64,000 bases of DNA from Kondoa subrosea (lineage: Eukaryota): NCBI GenBank assembly GCA_039545335.1, contig BCIN01000003.1, positions 1,178,001-1,242,000 of the forward strand, read 5' to 3'. The translations under genes were made by a program, and so were the position numbers. Under the pieces are notes generated by a model. The model made no database searches and was not told the origin of the DNA. It was given only the letters and a program-made list of their open reading frames with translations. The stretch's first letter is position 1. Every line of letters begins with the position of its first letter. Shown one piece after another: positions 1 through 12,377 of the stretch.

Positions 1-484
1 TGACGGATTGGAATTGCGCGCCAACAGCTATGTTTTGCTCCATAGTGCGCGATAACGTAGCCATAGTATTCATGAGTTTTCCCAATTGCTTTACGCCCGG
101 AAACATATATTCAGCTACAGATTGACTAAAGCGAAAAGGGGAAAGATTCACTTCGCTTGTTTGAACGCGTAATTTAGCTCGTTCTTGCTCAAAGTGTGTA
201 GGCTCTGCTGGCATTTGATTCATCACACGGAGAAGAAGATTAGAATGGAGCTTTTGACCAGTCAATGTGTCGGCGCAAGTGAAAGAACCAAAAAGAACGG
301 AATAGAAAGTGGGAGCTTGCAAAATGGGAGACCTGGGTGTGTTATAACTGCATGCATAACACCTCTTACAGCTACAAGGGAAACAAAAACACATCTTCTT
401 GATAAACACTTTGCACACACACTCTGTCCAACTTCTCTCTCTTCCAAAAGTCCTTTCATGCTTTTCCCAAGCCAAGAAGATCTT

Positions 485-2004
485 TCATGCTTCAGGTACC
501 GGTTTCCTCTTCATTGAACCTTTCATAGCTTTCGTAACAACCAAATCAATTTCCGAATTCCTTCGAATATGTCCATCTGCTGAAGCGAATTTATCTCCTT
601 CTTCATCAGATTCTCCAGCCATCATTCCACCATAAGGATCTTCTTCTTCTCCAGTTTGAGGATGTTCTTCTACATCAGTCGGGAACTGAGGCATTGCGAA
701 AGGTGAAGAAGCTCGACCACATGAAGAAATGGACATTGGGATTTGTGGAACAACTGCAGCAGGAGTAGGAGGATGACTGAAGGCTGAAGCGTAACTCGTT
801 CTTCGAGAGGGCGGTGGAACTGCTGTCGTGTACTGATTCGAGTATCTATTATCGACAGAAGAACGTCGACCTTGATTACCGCCCACAAAAGGCAGAGCAG
901 GAGGAAGACTAGGTTGGCCAGCGAAAGTTCCACTTGTTGGAGCGGAAGGCGACGAGTTGCGATCGACAAAGATTGGCGCTGCACTGTTTTGAGACATGTT
1001 TGGCTTGAAGGAACCATTCTCGTCTATATCATGTTCCGAGACGAATGGATTGGAAACCGGATCTTCCTCTCGTGAAGCACCTTGTCGCCTCTTTCTTCGA
1101 CAGCAAAACCAGAACAAAGCGCCTAACAGTGCCAAACCAACTATTCCTGCCACAACTCCCCCTGCTATTGCTCCTGTTGATGTTCCTCCTCCAGTATTGC
1201 TTGTCGCACCGCTGTCAGCTGCCTTTGAAGCTGCTGCTGAGGAAGACGATCGAGATTTAGAGGCGGAAGAAGCAGACGAGGAAGAAGATCGGCTTGAGGA
1301 TGATGCTCGACTTGAAGAACTACTTGCAGAAGAGCTGGAGGTAGCAACACCTTGAGCTAGGCAAGAAATTAAGCACGAACTAGAAAGTAGCACAATACAA
1401 CCTACTCAAAACTTGAAGTGTAATGGCGTCTACAGTCAGATATGGTGTTGATCCAGTTCCAGTATTAAGGACTTGTACTGTGTGACCAGCTGCAGAGAGG
1501 TTGTCGACGGCGAAGACTGTTTCACATGACGGTGCAGGATTGGTGGAAAACGAGGTTTGGCTGCCTGTTCCAGCAAGTACATTGCTGCACCCTGTATTCA
1601 GCTAGATTTCTAAGCCTGAAGCAAAAAAGACACACTCTCTGCACAAAAATTATCAGCACAAGACTTCATGTTAATCGTGGTTTACGCACATTGTAACATT
1701 GAAAGGCCCTCTATCCGTTTTCTTTCCTGCACATATCGAGAATCCAGTACCTGTTCTCTCGAAGTGAGCTTGACGGCCAATGTTACGGAAGTAGCTGACC
1801 AGCAAAAGTGAAGCTATAACTAGCATCCGCGACATTTGAGAAAGATTGCGTGCTGTTGTAAGGGCCAGCTATATCGTTTTGATGTATCCATGTCCCACTG
1901 TAGACGATGATTGGATCCGTATCATCAAAGGTCTGCGCAGTAACTTGTTGTGCCATCGCCAAACTTGATATAGACGCCAGCAAACAAAGTAACTTGACGA
2001 GCAT
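485..2004 (-). CDS. Single-pass membrane protein (Mid2/WSC-sensor-like architecture): signal peptide, beta-sandwich ectodomain, Ser-rich stalk, TM helix, cytoplasmic tail; multi-exon
   Basis: Exon 1 reads MLVKLLCLLASISSLAMAQQ...TFDDTDPIIVYSGTW. ORF 485..1393 has a Ser-rich stretch, then GAIAGGVVAGIVGLALLGALFWFCCRRKRR (TM plus basic stop-transfer). GT-AG introns lie between. Confidence 0.75.
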
Positions 2005-3080
2005 ATTGCTTGCTGCGTGTTTTGCAGGGGTATATGGAGAAGTGCTTGTTGCTCGTGTTGTACGAAAAAAGTGAATACCGAGTGGGAATAGATTGCTTGT
2101 CTCTCGATCGAGAACGAAACCGAGAAACACTTCTTGGACTTGTGACCAAAAAAAGGGTGCCTCGCGTGTTGTGCTTGAGTGTGATATGCGTGGGAAAGCA
2201 GATCCTAAGGCCGGAGTATTTGAAAGGCAGCCAGCTGCCCTCTCTATTTGTTTTGACCGTTCGAAAGCAAGGTGATTTAGCCGCGAGAAGTCAAGGCGGC
2301 GAAGAGTCTCGGCATGGGCGCCACAGATCAATCAATATGGATAGGACCGCAGTAGTAGTGGTCTCACTCTCACAGTACTGGATATATCAATGTCATACCA
2401 GCATCATTACACTGTTAAAGGCTAATCTTCTTCCCGCCTTGCTCATACCCATATGCGAATTCAGCTTGACAATGCCGCGCAGTCTACTTCTCTTGGAATA
2501 CGATGAAGACAAGCGTTGCGCATGCATGATTCTGATTCTTCATGGTGAGTTTGCTTGCTATGTCAGCAATCTAAGTCAAATGCACGGAAATGGCGCAATA
2601 GCGAAGACAAGTAATTACGGACACAGCTGTGCTTTGCAGAAGGGTAGTCGAGCGAGAAGAGGGTTGCATGCAGAGAGCCACAACAAAAAGGCGCAACTTG
2701 TCTCGAATGAAAGACAGCATTCTTCTCGGAGACAATTCCAGTAAATAAGGAAGAAAGGGAGACAGCAGAAGAGCGGAGAGACAGAGTAATATGAATTGTA
2801 ACATTATTAACTATTACGAATACTCAGCGGTAGCATCAAATGAGTATCAAATGCTTGAGATAAACTTCTGGCGGAAGACAACTTTCGCTCAGGATCGCGG
2901 TAAGCTTGCGATCTAGTGCCTTCGTTGAACAAAGTAAACAGAGAGATCCTGAGAGGGTATGGAGTCACAGTTAAGGGCGACCGGACCTGAGATGGCTGCT
3001 ATAAAAAAGAGGCACCTTGACTCGTTTCTTTCATTTGAAGGGCGACTGCCACTGCGAGGTGGATCCCTTCCTGCTTGGAC

Positions 3081-4769
3081 ATGGACAGCTTGGATCCAGC
3101 AGCAGTGGCCATACTAGGTCAGTCGCTCTCCAGCTGGCTAGGTCGGCTGGGCTGATCATAGGTGTTAGATGAAGAATGCTCTTCGGAGCAACACTTCTCC
3201 TGCAGGTCCAGCTCGCCAGAGCCTGTTCCTTTCCATTTCGATCTTCCTCCCGAACTGCTCATTCTAACCCTCACGTTCCTGCGTAATTCTCTGCTGGAAA
3301 CGACTTTACCTTCCGATGCTTGTCGAGCTCTCGTTCCATTCTCTTTGGTGTCTCGCAAATGGTTCGAGCTCAGCAGATCTCTCTCGCTGCAACATGTACG
3401 AATAGCGGCAAGCAAAAGTCATCGTTTATTGGCGATAGTCAATGCACCAAGAAGATGGGGAACTTCAATAATCAGCTTACAGATCTCTTTTGGCGAACAT
3501 TATCATGCAGGCTACACTTCCCACTTGATGAACATCCTCGCTTGCTGTACCTCTTTGCAATCCCTCAGTCTAAGACAAGTAGGCAAACCGGTTTCGAAAT
3601 CCTTCATCACTTCAGCTTCTTCGATACATTACTCTTACCTCCTAAAGCAAGTCTTTTCGAACCTCATATCACTAGAAGTTTGCGGCACTGCTAAAGCTCA
3701 ATCGACGGGCCTGGATGCAGCGAAACTCATTGGATTCTTATTACCTCTATGCACATCTTTGCAATCTCTGAAACGAGGTCACTATTCGTTCAAAAAAGAA
3801 CGAATCTCAGCATTGCAACCTATACCTACATACGCACTCTGTCCACCTCCTTCTTCACAATTACAAACAATCAGGTCGTTGACGCTTTCCGCCCAACACC
3901 TTGGCTCAAGAATCTTTCATCAAGCCATTCATCTTTGTTGTGCCAACCTGGAAGAATTAGTGATTCAAACTAATGAACCACCAAACCGACGAATTATAGA
4001 AGATGGCTTCTTTAAACTGCAACACTCTTTAAAAATCCTAAAACTCATCATTCCTTTCCCTACACATCGCTTACATCAAATAGTGGATCTGATTGGCTCA
4101 ACCAATTTCTTACCTTTTGCAAAATTGGAGAAATTGTATTTGAGTGGACCGATTTATACTGCAGCTGTTTTGAACAATTTGATCAATTTACCAAATTTGA
4201 AAGAATTGGGTTTGATGCATAGTCGAGTTCTTACTCCGAGGCACTTGGAAAGATACATGATCGCTTCATCAACGGAATTGACGGGTGAAAGAAAGCTGAT
4301 TCTGGATGATTTGAATGGTTTGGGTTGGAGTGAAGAAAGTTTGGGGGATTTGAAAGATTGCGGGAACAAGAATGGTTGGAGTGTGGAAGCATCAAGTGAG
4401 AATTGGAGACATACGAGAATCGGACAAGAGAGAGATCGGACTTGGTACCCCTGGATGGAAACTGATCTGATACATGTTATATCAGATGCAGAGGAGGGAG
4501 ATGGAGTGCAAGAGAGTAGAGAGACCGATGAAGAAAGTCAAGCGATCGAAGAAGAGTTACTGCAAAGGAGTCAACAGCCTCAACACTCTCAAATTAGCGA
4601 AGTTGGAACGAGTGAAATGTATCAAGAACAGGAGGCTAAAGAAGAAGATGAAGAGACTAGTGATTCGGATGCTTATTCAGAAGACTGGTCAGAAGAGCCC
4701 CGCTTTTCACCACAGCCTCAATTGAGAGTCCGAAGTAGAACGCCTCGCTTCTTCGATGTACAGGAGTGA
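3081..4769 (+). CDS. F-box-like / leucine-rich repeat protein with acidic tail
   Basis: 535-aa ORF with F-box-like start FDLPPELLILTL...LVSRKW and LRR-like repeats (LQSLSL, LISLEV, LEKLYL, LPNLKELGL). Probable short first exon from ATG 3081, intron about 3118-3168. Confidence 0.75.
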
Positions 4770-4891
4770 TATGTCAAGAAAGAGAAAAGGTTTACATCAT
4801 ATTTATCCATGCATTATATACTTGTATCTTCTGTACCAACTATAGAGCTTTGTACAAGGTATCTGCGCGTTCCTGCCGTTTCAATCCGAGC

Positions 4892-5272
4892 TTATGAGAT
4901 GCAGCATGGAATGGGACTGAATGATACAAATTAGCGGTCAGTCATAGCTAGACAGGAAGACTTACATGATCTGAACAGACAAGACCAGTGCTAGGTCAGT
5001 CCAAATCAACATAATTCCAGAAATAGTGTACCCAGCAGATAGAGCCGTCAGGGCAGGGAACGCATCCACCTGAAACGAAATTTCGACCATAGTCAGCATT
5101 TGCGCATCAAAAGACGGCAGTAGAGCTAGCGCTCACCTCGCAAGCGCATAGCTTCAGATGTTTCACTCTTTTCCAAGCTTTCTCTTGTCGCAGCCGCATC
5201 CTGCGCTACGCTGTCTCTCTTCCAGGCATGTTGCTGAGTAGCTTGAGTGTTCTCGATTTGAGCTGGAGCCAT
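4892..5272 (-). CDS. 67-aa small protein with internal RLRGG motif and Cys-rich C-terminal peptide (4 exons)
   Basis: Exons 5272-5137, 5069-5032, 4970-4966 and 4916-4892, joined by GT-AG introns with CTGAC/CTAAT branch sites, give MAPAQIENTQATQQHAWKRDSVAQDAAATRESLEKSETSEAMRLRGGCVPCPDGSICWIIPIPCCIS* (204 nt, in frame). Confidence 0.8.
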
Positions 5273-5451
5273 GCTAGTTTCGGTTGGATGGGTGTTTAGG
5301 AGAAAGTCAACGCAATGAGCTCATCTAGCCACCCTCATGGTCACGTGATTGTCTCATCAGTAGCGAAGTCCCATCCACTTTGCTCATCTATTTGAAGTAG
5401 ATGATGTACGAAAAAGTATAACTATTACTGCTAACTTACATGGCATTCTAA

Positions 5452-6174
5452 TCAGTTCCTCTTTTCGTTGGCAGCAATTTGATCAGCGCGGACTTGTAAA
5501 TCATTCAATGCTACCATATACGCCTTCTGTTGAGTACCATTAAGTGCACCGTTGGCAGGAGGAAAGACATTTGGACTTTTGTCTACCATTTCTTGGGCTG
5601 AAAATCGGCGTAAAATGGGAGTACTGAAGGAGTGCTTAAGAAAGCGCTTACGCGGGCGCTCATGGTCCTGATTAGCTCTCGACATAGGATGGAGCTCTTT
5701 GCCTAATGTGATCCAATGCTGGTTGTGATAGGTTTCTAATATAATCCTGGAATGCGATGAATCTGTATAGATTGATATCAGCTTGTGCCTATTCCCAAAG
5801 GGCATTCACTAACCAGGATGCAGCCCAGTATAGGTCTGCCGAGCCTCGATAAATTGCTTTTGCAGAAGGGTATTGTAACCGCGAGTTGAAGCATCAATAT
5901 TGTTCACTCGAGACGCATCGGCTTTGGCTCTAGAGATGGCATGCTCGTTGGCTAACGCCAAGCGACCCTCCAGATAAGCTTCTCTATCTTTATCATTCGC
6001 TAGAAACCGCGCTTTTAGCAAGGCTGAATGGTTCTGGTCACATCGCTCACATCCGGCGTATACCCATGGCGTCCTGAGACCGGCAGCGTGATCCAATTTT
6101 GCCTGAGCATGCCGAGTGGTACGAGGAGGAATGTAATCCTGCATGCCGCTTGGAGACGCAGTTCTGGAAGACAT
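5452..6174 (-). CDS. Hypothetical protein (~223 aa, 2 exons)
   Basis: Two in-frame ORFs joined by a 51-nt intron 5813-5763 (GTTAGT...GCTGAT...TACAG) that carries the TAG TGA stops. No family recognised. Confidence 0.6.
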
Positions 6175-6669
6175 CTATACTCTTTTATAGAGTTGGCCGT
6201 TGAGAAGAAGAAAGCAAATCAGAGCAGAAGATGAAACAAAGGCAAGAGAAGAATAACAAAACGGAGAGAAAGACGAATAATACAAAGGGAAGGAATTGCT
6301 ATTGTGCGTAAGACCCAATGCGAATGCATTCGAGACAGCAATATGCTGCAACCTGCATCAGGCCCCACTGGCGACTATCGATGTGGCAGCAGAAGACAAG
6401 TGTCCCATTTCTGCGTTAGATTCAGGCTAATTTGCGTCGCTTACCTCATGAGGTCAACGTCGAGGCTCCCGAGGCTGACTCCGCGTTTTTCGATGTTTTG
6501 CATAAATTGTTTCTTTCTCCCAATCTCACCTTGTGCGCAATTACCCTGCAATTACCCCTCTGCGGGCTGTCTATTACCTTGTTACTGGTATACCTACTAT
6601 TGGTCTTACCAGATAAAACCTCACTTTCCTTTCTCCCGTGCTTGGCTTCCACGCTCAACACTTCTGAAC

Positions 6670-8688
6670 ATGTTTTCTTCTCTTATTCTGGCAGCTACTG
6701 GCGCAAGTCTAGTAGCAGCCAATATCGCTCCTTTTCCTTCTGGTAATGGTCTGTATCTTGGAGCTTGGACCAATGGCCAACAAGGTACAGTCATGTTCTG
6801 TCTTCGCAATATCGGCTTATATTGAGCTCTGTCTCCAGGATATTCCGATACTCCGTATGTCAAAATTGCAAACATCACTCGCTGCCAGCTCATCATTTAT
6901 AATGCGAATGTTATAGGGCTGCTCTGAATGCACGGATGAACCTCAGTTTCCCAGCGTTCAGTCTGGGCCAGAGAATACCTTTAGCACCGTATGATTACGT
7001 TGCAGGTGTCGGCTGGGTAAGTGTCTGTATTTGCTCCTGGAACATTTCCTAAGATTCGAATTCAGCCAGCGTTTCATTACCTGATTGATTTCACAAATAC
7101 AAATGCGTGAGTGCAATTGAGATCAGCTCTAGATGGTAGATTGAGTTGCTTTTGCTGTTTACAGGGGTTACTTCAGTCAGTGTAACAAATGTCAGCACGA
7201 TTGTCTGTTACTGATCTGCTGTTTCTCGCTTGCGCAGTGACTATCTACCCAGATGATGGTCTTGAAGCAGTAACGGATGGCGATCTAGTAGCGCTTGGTA
7301 CACAGTTAGCAGGATACGAAGCATTAGGAAGGACGATCTGGCTACGTTGGGCTCCGGAAATGCAAGGCAGCTGGTTCAACTACTCTTTACAACCGACCGC
7401 ATATGTTGCTACTTGGAAGAGAATGTACTCAATCATCAAACAGATGGCGCCCAGTACAACAATCATCTGGAGTCCAAAGTTGGTACCCTCTGTATACTGA
7501 AGAAGTGACAACAATTGATCTTGCTTAAATTCAGTTTCAGCTTTGGTTTCCCTTACAGCGAAACACTTGCCAATGTTTCTGCTGCTGATCGACTTTTACT
7601 TGACACCAATGGAAACGGTCAATTGGATGCAGGAGATGATGCTTAGTAGGTGTTCTTCTACGTGCTAGGTCCACCCTCGTGCTTAGTATTTTATGTAGCG
7701 CTCCTTACTTCCCTGGAGATGACTACGTTGATGCTGCCGGAATCTCACTCTATTACAAAGGACCGAACAGGGCAAATAAGAATGAGGCTCAGCCGGGTGG
7801 GTTCTGCGAGAAAATGTTTGAGGGTATTGATCCATATCGTGGGTGATTTCCCGCACTGTTGGGTATCAACTTACTGATCTGAGATTCATCACAGTACCTG
7901 TAACATACACTCCTTTCTATTCCAACTATTGCGTCAACAGACCCTGTGTCATCTCAGAAGGAGCAGCTGCATACCACGTCGACATTTCGGGAGGAGATAG
8001 TCAGCTTGCGATTCAACAGGCTTGGTGGCAGGATTGCTTGACCAATGCAACATTCCACGATCTTTACCCTAATTTGAAGATGATCGTCATGTATGAACAG
8101 GAGAAGGTATGACAGCCCTCTTTAAAATTCTGAGGCATCACTGAATGCGATTTCGCACAGAACGAAGAGTCCTTCAGCAGTTTCGATCTGCGCGATTTCA
8201 GAATCACAAACATCAGTACTTTGGCTACAGCATTCAAGTCAGATGTAGATACGTTTGGTAGATACGTATGGTGCGTCAACGAAAACTCCGAACATGCGCA
8301 TTAACTCATTCGGAATATTCTTCTGCACAGGGCTGAACCTCTAGTACAATATCCTGGAGCGACTACAGCACTACCTCTGACGAATCCGGTACTCATTACT
8401 ACTGCACTGCAGACCGCTTCTGTATCAGCTGCAACCGGTCCAGTAGTCTGGACACAAACAGTGCGTGTTCTTCACCTGATTTGAGACTTGACTCACTTGC
8501 GTCCCTAGCTATATTCGTCACCTGATCCAGCAGGCTATACACCTACTTCTTCACTTACTACGATTCCGACGGCGTCCCCATCAGCAGCTGCGATTGCTGC
8601 TGTCCAAAGTGACAAAAGTTCGGCAAACGGGTTGACTTATTCTTCGATTTTCTTAGTATTGAGCTTTATTTTGGCGTTGGGGGCTTAG
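6670..8688 (+). CDS. Secreted, probably GPI-anchored glycoside hydrolase family 26
   Basis: Signal peptide MFSSLILAATGASLVAA. GH26-type motifs IWLRWAPEMQGSW, IIWSP, PYFPGDDYVD, ISEGAAA. Ser/Thr-rich linker and hydrophobic C-terminus SIFLVLSFILALGA*. Many introns. Confidence 0.8.
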
Positions 8689-8750
8689 TTCGGACATTTG
8701 AGTTGTAACATATAGTTGATCTAATTGAACGGAAACCAAAATCGTACACT

Positions 8751-10809
8751 TCACATTATTATCTCTCCACGCCCTTTATCTATCTCCTAGAATTCAGTGT
8801 ACTGTAGCACCGCATGTCAGCACAAACATCGAAAGCTGCAAATTTGGCAAACGTACACCTTTATGCGGAACGGAGTGTAAAGCATGCTCATCATTTCTTC
8901 CGATATAAGCAGGGTATCTTCCTTTTCGATTGCTTCTGCCAACAGCTAAAAATCCCTTGAACCATAGATAGACTAGTCCAGCTAGCAGTAGAACAAGCGT
9001 CACGCATGCTCCAATGAATCCAGCTTGTAACGGAGAAGTATCTTGACCTGGAGCTTCTGTATTTGTTCCGTATGTAGTATTGGCAGCTGCGATCCTGGAG
9101 AAGAAATCGTTTAGCTGTTGCATAGATGCACGCTGGACCAGGAACTGACAAGTTACAACCCCGAGCTTCATCTTGATTGCATTTCTTACACCATTCCGAA
9201 AGAGTATTGATCGCACGAGGCGCAAGGGTCGAGTTGAATTGCTCAAAAGAGGTAGATCCCGAATTGCCCAACATATTGTAAGTCGCGAATGGAGCTGAGC
9301 CATTCTTGAATTGAAGCTGCACGACCGGTGAACTTCCAGACGCCTGTCTCAGCTCGAATACTGCGCTTGAAGCGTAGTCGACTATATCAATAAGTCAGCA
9401 GCAGCTCTGAGTAGGTACCAGAATGAGCGAACCTATGCCTTGTAATTCTGGATAAGTATTAGAAACGGAAAGCATGTTGAAGAGACTGATGAATGGTTTG
9501 TATGAGATGACTAATTGTCGATACTTCAATGTATTTGTGGAATTTGTAAAAGATGTCAGCGCATTGAGAATGTCTGGTAGTATGGTTTGAGCGGGAACTG
9601 GGCAAGACTGTACATCAGCTATACGGAGTGAGAAGGATGCCTGTCTCAAACTCACTGTTCTCGATATCGCTCAGGTCTGCTCCTGCAAAGATTCCATGTT
9701 CTCTGTAATTAGCCAAAGATCGAGCTTGTTGCATTTGTTGTTCCGTCACATTCGCTGCGAACTGCGAAGCGATATCAAAGAAGAATCTGAGCGGTAGAGA
9801 ACTTTACTCACTGATGCGTTATGTATGTTGTTGACATTCATGTAGTCTGAGCAAGGAAAATTTAGCCAAAATTAGACAAAAGCAAAAGAGCTCACCGAAG
9901 ATATTATACATGTTGATGAGCTTATTACTGCGTCCATCAAGCAAGGGTACAAGGCTGGCAAGGAAGTCTGCATTGTCTGCGGCTGTTTGGTTGAAAGCTT
10001 CTGATGTAAGAAACTGTCGAAAACGATATTAGATCGAGCTTATTAACGTAAGAGGATGGCGAGATACCTCTTGGTTCGCTTTTGTCAGAGCTGGACATTC
10101 TGTAAAGCCTTCCAGCGAAATATCCTCTTCCGGTTCAACAGATTCAATAGCTAGGTATTGATACCCTCCCAGAGGCGATCTGCAAACCCAATCAGACAGC
10201 AAACTGGAGGAAGATGATTAGACTGACGTGACCACTGTGCTGTTGGCTAGGGTGATGTTGGAACTAGTTGTAGGCGGATACAATCCTTGCGCCAAAGCAT
10301 TGCACGAATCAAAGATAACGCTTCCTTCACCCTGTAAGTTTCAATCATATATAAGCTGATACATGAGCATATGATAGGAACGAAACATACGCCTGCATCC
10401 GCGCTGAATTGCAACTGATTATTCACAACTAGATCACTCGAGATACCGGAAATGTAACTAGGTGACGCAGGATCCAGATAGATGGAACGTAGTTCTTGTC
10501 CGAGTTGATACTCTTGTACTTCGCCTAGCTGAGTGAGTACTGCACATTGATTTCCTCAGCATGTAAAAAAAAAAAAGCGAAAGGGAGAAGACGAACCTGT
10601 ATCTGATGCTGTATACGTTATTGGATCTTGGTAGAAACCTCTTCGATCGCCTAGCAAAGGTTTCTCTCAGCTTTTGCAACTTCCAAAGCGTGAATTCTTG
10701 CTTACCATGTCTGGAAATAATTCATGTGGAGAATCAGATCAAGCAAGAGACAAGAGCGGACAGGAGCGGACCTAGAGATTACAACAACGCCAAGTACTTG
10801 TTCAGTCAT
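8751..10809 (-). CDS. Histidine (acid) phosphatase superfamily protein with C-terminal TM helix
   Basis: Spliced N-terminus MTEQVLGVVVISRHGDRRGFYQDP carries the RHGxR motif. C-terminal AGFIGACVTLVLLLAGLVYLWF is a TM helix. Multiple introns. Confidence 0.8.
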
Positions 10810-10971
10810 GCTGTGCTATTGAAGGAGGGTATTGAACGTGGACAAGCTTGCATAAAAACTTAGAAAGCGGGAATTGATTCTGCTTATCTAAGTGTCTTTC
10901 ATTACACATCACGTTTCTATCGCAAAAGGAAAAACGATACATCCATTGCAGTACTCAGGTACATACTTCAA

Positions 10972-12042
10972 CTATGCTCTCCTTCCACCCATGATCATTC
11001 TGTTCGGAGCAAAGTGAAACTCATTCTCCCCTTGAGATGCATAATCTCTCGAAGCTGTAGATACACTTCTCGTTTCCTCTTCCCGTTGTTGTTGATGATG
11101 ATGATGCATCATCTCACTCAAATAGCTGATAGGTCTTGGTCCATTCCCACTTCCAGGAGGATCAGGTAAGACGTTGTGTCTTTGAGCATATATCTGCAGT
11201 GGTTCAGTATAGGGTTCTTGAAAGTAGCTGATGCTGCTCGTTGAGGTGTTTGGACGCTCCTCAGGTTCATATTGCTGATATTGAATTGGTTGGTCCTGTT
11301 GACGACGCGGAGATGCGTAAAGACGAGGTGGTGAAATGCTCTGAGCTGTTCTAGGTCGAGCTGGAGAAAAGCGGAAAAGGTCATAACTGCCACCTAGATC
11401 CGATACAGGCGAATCCAACTCCATTCGAGGACGAGTAGGAGTGAAAAGATGTTCTTCTTGGAAATCCAGATCTTTGCGAGGTGTTCTCATGACTGGTGAA
11501 TACATGTATTGAGGTCTTTGATGTACTTGAAATGGGTTATCTGGTTCTTGAACATGGACATAAGGTTGCTGAGGAGCTAGATATTGAGGTGATACATGTT
11601 GAGCTGCGCGAAGCAAGGCATTATGAGCGATTCGTGACTCAAAGAGATGCTTACGATATACAGGAACTACAGGAGCAGATACATATGGCATGCCATAAGA
11701 TACAGAGGGATACGAAGGCTCATGGCGAGCTGAAGCTCTAGGTCTGACCAGAAACGGGTCTGCTTCTGGTAAGGCGGCGACTGGCTTGCTTATTCGGGGA
11801 GGAGAGCGATGTCTAGCTGCAGCAGGCTCTGATCTGGAAGCCACAGCGCCTCGAATGCATTTCAAGTCATCCTGAACTGTCTTGACAGTCTTATCGCTCG
11901 AACTGCTCGTCTTGGACCAGCGTGATGATGAGGATGCCTTGTAGGAGCGATGAGCTGGCATGCGCTCGTACTCGAGGGTCTTAACACTGCTTTCGAGTCT
12001 CTTTCGTCGTTCGAGGTTGACATCGTCCACCAAACTTCTCAA
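10972..12042 (-). CDS. Hypothetical low-complexity Ser/Pro/Arg-rich protein; true start probably in an upstream exon
   Basis: 356-aa ORF with disordered composition; no domain recognised. Confidence 0.6.
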   Translation of the reverse strand: MRSLVDDVNLERRKRLESSVKTLEYERMPAHRSYKASSSSRWSKTSSSSDKTVKTVQDDLKCIRGAVASRSEPAAARHRSPPRISKPVAALPEADPFLVRPRASARHEPSYPSVSYGMPYVSAPVVPVYRKHLFESRIAHNALLRAAQHVSPQYLAPQQPYVHVQEPDNPFQVHQRPQYMYSPVMRTPRKDLDFQEEHLFTPTRPRMELDSPVSDLGGSYDLFRFSPARPRTAQSISPPRLYASPRRQQDQPIQYQQYEPEERPNTSTSSISYFQEPYTEPLQIYAQRHNVLPDPPGSGNGPRPISYLSEMMHHHHQQQREEETRSVSTASRDYASQGENEFHFAPNRMIMGGRRA

Positions 12043-12377
12043 TCCTTTTCGCTCACAGTGGCTCTATTCTGCAGTCTGCTGCCTTGTTTGTATGCTTCTA
12101 CAGACGTTGTATAACGATATCTACCATGGAACCTCTTCCTTTGTACTACGTACACTTCGAAGTTCGAATGTATGTTCCCGTCGCAAAAGGCCAATCTTTG
12201 GCTGTCTTCGAGGCTTTACAAGCATGAATCACTGCATCACAGAGGTAGACGTACTACCTACGACAATCCGAGTACGGCAAGAATCGTAACACTGCCTTGC
12301 AAGGCTGTTCCATCTACTAACTATCTTCCGAGGGATTCTTCTCTCCCTCTCTCTCTTATCCTTCAAATCACGCTAAC

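Noticed and set aside
2010..2744. 244-aa plus-strand ORF
   Set aside because: Non-ATG start, no recognisable motifs, and it lies over the upstream region of the minus-strand membrane protein gene; probably spurious.
5763..5813. TAG TGA ATG between two in-frame ORFs, resembling readthrough or stop-restart
   Set aside because: The stops lie in a well-formed 51-nt GT-AG intron with a branch site.
10565..10576. Poly-A run as a retroelement tail
   Set aside because: It is the poly-T tract of a minus-strand intron; no target-site duplication or element body seen.
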